Source: Octopus sinensis (Eukaryota). From it: a DNA stretch of 39,246 nt. The notes under the pieces are model-generated. The model saw nothing but the letters and a program-made list of their open reading frames with translations. It did no database searches and was not told the DNA's origin. Where the stretch lies: NCBI RefSeq assembly GCF_006345805.1, contig NW_021835683.1, positions 1-39,246 of the forward strand, given 5' to 3'. Position numbers and translations under genes: made by a program. This document shows, piece by piece, positions 34,294-39,246 of this stretch. Each line of letters begins with the position of its first letter. Position 1 is the stretch's first letter.

Positions 34294-34375
<82 letters not shown>

Positions 34376-34572
34376 ACACAGACACACACACACACACAAA
34401 ACATTTATAAGTCAATGCAAAGATTAATAGAACGTAAACATATCGCTTGATCAGAAAGTATAGACCTCTTTAACACTTTGAAGCTAATATTATTTTATTT
34501 ACTTCAGCGTTCGGTATCATTAAGTCGTTGTTCACTTCTCATTTCACTTAAGTTTCATATAAATAACACCTT

Positions 34573-34680
34573 GTGGTTAAGCTATTGGAATCACGATCGT
34601 AAGGTCTCTATTTCGATTCTCAGGCTCGACGGTGCGATCTGTTCTTTAAGCAAAAAAATCTCCTTTTCACATCGTACCAA
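34573..34680 (+). mobile_element. Old family D-like SINE head
   Basis: GTGGTTAAG...TTCGATTCTC...TTTAAGCAAAA. Confidence 0.35.
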
Positions 34681-34759
34681 TGAGCGTTTGACGTGAAATA
34701 CAAGTTTCGGATAAAATGCTGATAATAAATTCAAAATATGCAACCGAAAATCCAGCCAT

Positions 34760-35817
34760 TTTCTTCTCCCTATGATTTTTCCCCCTCTCTAAAACAGCTC
34801 ACAAATGGAAAGTGGTTTGGGAACGGTGGCATACCAGCCAAGATATATCAATGTGGTAGCAGTCTCCTGCTGAAGAAATTACATGAACACTTCTCCTTAA
34901 TCTGGGAATTAAGCATCAGTCCCAGAGGCGTTTAAAGACGCTTCTATTGTCCATCTTTATAAACACAAAGGCAACAAATACGAATGCGACGGCCATGGAA
35001 GTATCTCCGTTTTGTGTATTGCTGGGAAGATCCATGGAAGGGCTATCTTGAACAGACTAAATGATGCCCTTGACAGCTTGGTGTTGCCTGAATCCGTGCG
35101 GATCTCGGGCTGGTAGAGAGGCACAATGGATATGATTTTAGTCTAAGTTAGATGCAGGGAAATGCTCGTGAGCACAACCGAGACCTTTTTGTCACTTTTT
35201 TAGATCTAGCTTAAGCTTTCGACACCGTATCTAGGGATGCTCTTTGAATTGTTCTTAGAAAGCCAGATGTTCCAGAAAAGATGTTCAATGTCATAATTTC
35301 TTTCCATCAAGGAATGATAGCTTTTGTCAGACCTAGCGGGGAAGTGTCCAATTCATTCACAGCCTCAAATGGAACAAAACAATGCTGTGTTCTTGCACCA
35401 CACTTATTTCCTTTGTATTTCTCCGTCATGTCGCAAACAACATTCAAGGGCGTTAAAGAATAAGTAAAGTCTGAGTACAGAACTGGTAGTGGTTTGTTCA
35501 ACCAACAGCGCTTCAAAGCAAAAACTAAGACTTTGATGCAAACAGTTCGATTTGCTCCTCGCAGACTATTACTCTTTACTCTTTACTCTTTTACTTGTTT
35601 CAGTCATTTGACTGCGGTCATGCTGGAGCACCGCCTTTAGTCGAGCAAATCGACCCCGGGACTTATTCTTTGTAAGCCCAGTACTTATATATTGTGCACT
35701 TGTAACACAAATCTTGGGGACATGCAATGGATTCTAAACAAATTCTCGCTTGCATCGAAAGCCTTTGGTCTGACCATCAGCATCAAGACAACTAAGCTTG
35801 TCCATCAGCCCGTTCGT
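34760..35817 (+). mobile_element. Decayed RTE (BovB-like) LINE reverse transcriptase fragment
   Basis: FKDASIVHLYKHKGNK..SISVLCIAGKI; FLDLA*AFDTVSR; NGTKQCCVLAP.LF; YRTGSGLFN; ADY|CAL..FGLTISIKTT..HQP, with stops and frameshifts. Confidence 0.85.
35571..35689 (-). mobile_element. 5'-truncated family B SINE inserted in the RTE catalytic ADD-equivalent motif
   Basis: GCAGACTATT|insert|TATTGTGCA restores A-D-Y-C-A; TATT duplicated. Confidence 0.85.
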
Positions 35818-36346
35818 GACAAAACAATGTACATGATAGCTCATCCAATCAGTTAAGACAAGGGGCCACTAGAGCTGCTGCCTTGGTATAAAAGATGGCC
35901 TACATCAGATATTCTGTTCAATACTACAAATTTACTTGTCAGTTGTTTGACCTTAACCAGTTGAGCATGTCCCTTAGTGGCTGACAATATATGCATCTCT
36001 GATCATGAGTAGAAGTAGTGGAGGGGCATCATAGCTATGTCTTGAGAGGAATTCTTTGGGGTTTGGATAATTCACCTCTGGAAATACGGGTGTTTCGTTT
36101 AACATCCTTAAACGACCCTTAATCATGGACCTTTTGAACGGGGTGGGCTACTCGACCTGAAGAAAATTCTAACTGGGCCCCACCTGCATGGTCATGCACT
36201 GTTTATCTTGGTATGAGATCACCATGCCGCGCATATATGGTTGTGCTGCATATGCCGAGTGTACCCTTATCATGATGGGTATATTGGGCTTCGTATATTT
36301 ATACCCCAGTGTCACTTTCACGGCATGCATTGCTCTCTCATTCAAT
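35818..36346 (+). mobile_element. Element E with inverted 5' segment
   Basis: 35818-35882 is the reverse complement of the E segment preceding TTGGTATAAAAG; forward part 35883-36346. Confidence 0.8.
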
Positions 36347-36357
36347 GATGATTATAG

Positions 36358-36430
<73 letters not shown>

Positions 36431-36445
36431 AACAACAACAACAAC
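36347..36445. repeat. (GAT)n then (AAC)n microsatellite
   Basis: Direct inspection. Confidence 0.95.
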
Positions 36446-36642
36446 GACTTTGTACATGGAGCAAACATGGGCTGCAACAAGGGTGGAGCACTTGCAGAAA
36501 ACAGCACTGCTTGGAATCACTCGAATACTCTGGATGGTGCCCGAAAAATAAGGGGTGTTACCTTAGTTCCATGGTAGTGAACAGCTGACACCGTAGTACA
36601 TCTCCAGCGTTAGAAGCTGTGCAAGGAAAATACTAATAATAA
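36446..36642 (+). mobile_element. 3' end of an R4/Dong-type RLE LINE (third lineage)
   Basis: ATRVEHLQKTALLGITRILWMVPEK* then a 3' UTR ending AAAATACTAATAATAA. Confidence 0.65.
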
Positions 36643-36968
36643 GGAGTATGATGAAGTAGGATTTCATGAATTTTAATTTATATTTTGATTTAAATACAGC
36701 TTATTATTGACTTATATACGTTTCTACTGCATCGGTTAGTAATAGTTGCTGCTACTACTTTACTATCATAACGGCGTAGTTTCTTGAGGGTGTTCTTTGC
36801 AATATCCTTTCAGATGGAACTGGCTAGAGTTTTATATTAATTTTAGTATTGCGTCGAACTAAGTGGTGTTAAATGTTAATTCCGACGCGAACTTTATTTT
36901 GAATTCCAAGTATTGATCGGATAATCGTTTGTTTGTTTCAACAGTCAGTTAATAGAAAATACTTCGTT

Positions 36969-36969
<1 letters not shown>

Positions 36970-36999
<30 letters not shown>

Positions 37000-37071
37000 C
37001 ACCACACACACACACACACCACATATATAATATATATATATATATACATACAAACATACATACATACATAC

Positions 37072-37143
<72 letters not shown>

Positions 37144-37298
37144 CATGCAGCCACTCACACACACATACACGCACACACATATATATCCAGTAGCAGGACT
37201 ATGTAACTTGGCTACTGTCAACTATATTCGCTCTACCAACTGTCTGTTTCTTGCTGAAAATCACTGAAGACAACAGATTTTAATCACGATATAAACAC

Positions 37299-37337
<39 letters not shown>

Positions 37338-37400
37338 GTATTACATAAAATACAGACACACACACATTAGCATATGCACTCATTCACACACATCTCTATA
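36970..37400. repeat. (CA)n/(TA)n microsatellites
   Basis: Direct inspection. Confidence 0.9.
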
Positions 37401-38177
37401 TATTGTCCGAACAGCACTTACCCTGTGCACAAGAAATAGGTGACTCAATTATCTCCAGCGTGTTTCTCTTAAGGTTCTCTCTTCAATTGTTATTGACAAT
37501 TGAATGCCTTTGCTTAATATTTACATAAAAGTATCGTTAGCGGTTTCAGAGAATCAGTTTTACAGAGAAGCAGCTCAATGGAATGGATTTCATTTAGAGA
37601 TTGCGTGTAGGTTTCTATAGGCTTCGTGGTAGAATTAGTGGAGAGAATTATGTTAATTGGCTTGGCTTCTGTGTCGACACAAGACTTTGTATAAGTAGCT
37701 GGAGCTGTTTGCACGTGTGTGTGTGTGAGTGTGTGTGTGTGTGTGTGTGGTGTGTGTTGTGTTTTGTGTGTGTGTGTTTGTGTGTCCTTTTGTCATTTGA
37801 GTTTCGTTCATTCTACCTAGAGTATTAACGTTGTGGATGCAAAGTGTTTATAACTTGCAGTGAAGAAATAGTTTCGTTGGTTGAACGAAAAACTGGAACA
37901 CTAATGGTCGAAACAGATCCGAGGTCTATTACTGCGAATATATGCATGTGTGTGTATGTATGTTTAGTGTGTGTGTGTGAAAAAGAGGGAGAGAAAAATG
38001 TGTTTGTGTGGGCATGAGTAAGAATTTATCTGTGTTGCACAATATATGTCGCTATTCATGCTGTAGTGCTTGCAACGATCTTGCATATAGTGCGCTGGCA
38101 TTGGTTAGGGCCATGTGGTGAGGCAAAAACCAGGCTTGTGGTGAGACTCTGCTTCCAGTACATAATGGATCCTGAAA

Positions 38178-38471
38178 GAATATTGTCAGATGCCCATCAT
38201 CTACCATTTTTACAGAATATTGTCAAATGTCCATCATCCACCATTTTGACGTAATATTGTCAAATGCCCATCAACCACTATTTTGACTGAATATTGTCAA
38301 ATGCATATCATCCACCATTTTGAAGGAATATTGTCAAATGCCCATCATCCATTTTGACGGAATATTGTCAGATGCCCATCATCTACCATTTTTACAGAAT
38401 ATTGTCAAATGTCCATCATCCACCATTTTGACTGAATATTGTCAAATGCCCATCACCCTCCATTTTGACGG
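38178..38471. repeat. ~37-bp minisatellite, 8 units, each an imperfect palindrome
   Basis: GAATATTGTCAAATG-(C-rich)-CATTTTGAC; units 1-2 repeated as 6-7 at +182. Confidence 0.9.
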
Positions 38472-38679
38472 GTCCACACCAACGTTTGATGAAGATAATG
38501 TTACTATCAGAACATTAAACTTTTGGACTAGACAGGAGATATTGAAAACGGGAAATTACCCCTGGTTAGAATACTGACATCTTTATCGTCTACGAAAATC
38601 GATGGAGCATAATCAAATTGCTACAATAGTCGGAGTACAGCGTTCCTGTCTATTGGTGGGAAGATATTGATCAAAGTTA

Positions 38680-39015
38680 GAGAGAAAAAGAGAGCGAGAA
38701 AGAGAGACAAAAAGAGAGTAAGAGAAAGAGTGGGAGGGTGAGGTGGAGGGAGGACGAGGACGAGAGAGAGGGAAAAAAAGGGGTGTGAGAGCGAGAGGAG
38801 AAGAGAGAAGGAGAGAGAATAAGCAAGGGCAGGCAAGAGAAAGAGAAAGAAAGGGTGAAAGAGAGAGGGTGTGAGAGAGAGGGAGAAAAGGAGACAAGAG
38901 AGGGAGAAAGAGTGGGAAAGTAATGAAGGGAGAAGAGGGACAGAGAGAGAAAAGTGAGGGAGAGTAAGAAATAGCAAGAGAAAGAAAGAGATAGAGATGG
39001 AGAGAGATAGGGGTG
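38680..39015. repeat. Polypurine (GA-rich) low-complexity tract
   Basis: Direct inspection. Confidence 0.9.
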
Positions 39016-39246
39016 GGATGACACTGTTACATGAACGTTTAAGCAGTTAACTCAGATGATTCCGTAGGGTAGAAAGTTGCAACGATAATTGAGATCAGTT
39101 TTATATGTTTCTAGAATGTTCTGTGGAAAAATTTCAGTAGATCAAGTGAAAATGATATGCTTCCTTCAGTTGGAAAAAAAAAATAAATATAAACCTCAAG
39201 AAAGTTAAGGGTGGCGAGAATTGTTACAAGAGAGAGAGAGAGATAA

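Overview
AT-rich eukaryotic DNA densely packed with microsatellites and interspersed repeats. The repeat landscape resembles Octopus or another coleoid cephalopod (inference from recalled repeat types, not a database match). No protein-coding host gene can be called with confidence; nearly all ORFs in the track are translated microsatellites or antisense SINE frames. Real coding remnants are retrotransposons: a young, 5'-truncated R4/Dong-clade LINE (RT-CCHC-RLE, 22990-24930) in a (TAA)n tract, three short R4-type 3' ends, a decayed RTE/BovB-type RT (34760-35817) and a faint LINE RT relic (960-1140). Labels A-F are my own: four tRNA-derived SINE families (A-D), a TAA-embedded non-coding element (E) and a TG...CA repeat (F). 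There are also MITEs and minisatellites. The most interesting signal is that family-A SINEs repeatedly form head-to-tail multimers and cross-subfamily chimeras with one fixed junction (tail ...AAAGAAATA|GGTATTTCG), which falls in the loop of a conserved stem-loop of the tRNA-like head. One tetramer is flanked by a single 13-bp TSD. This may reflect RNA processing plus template jumping or circularisation, but that mechanism is a hypothesis.
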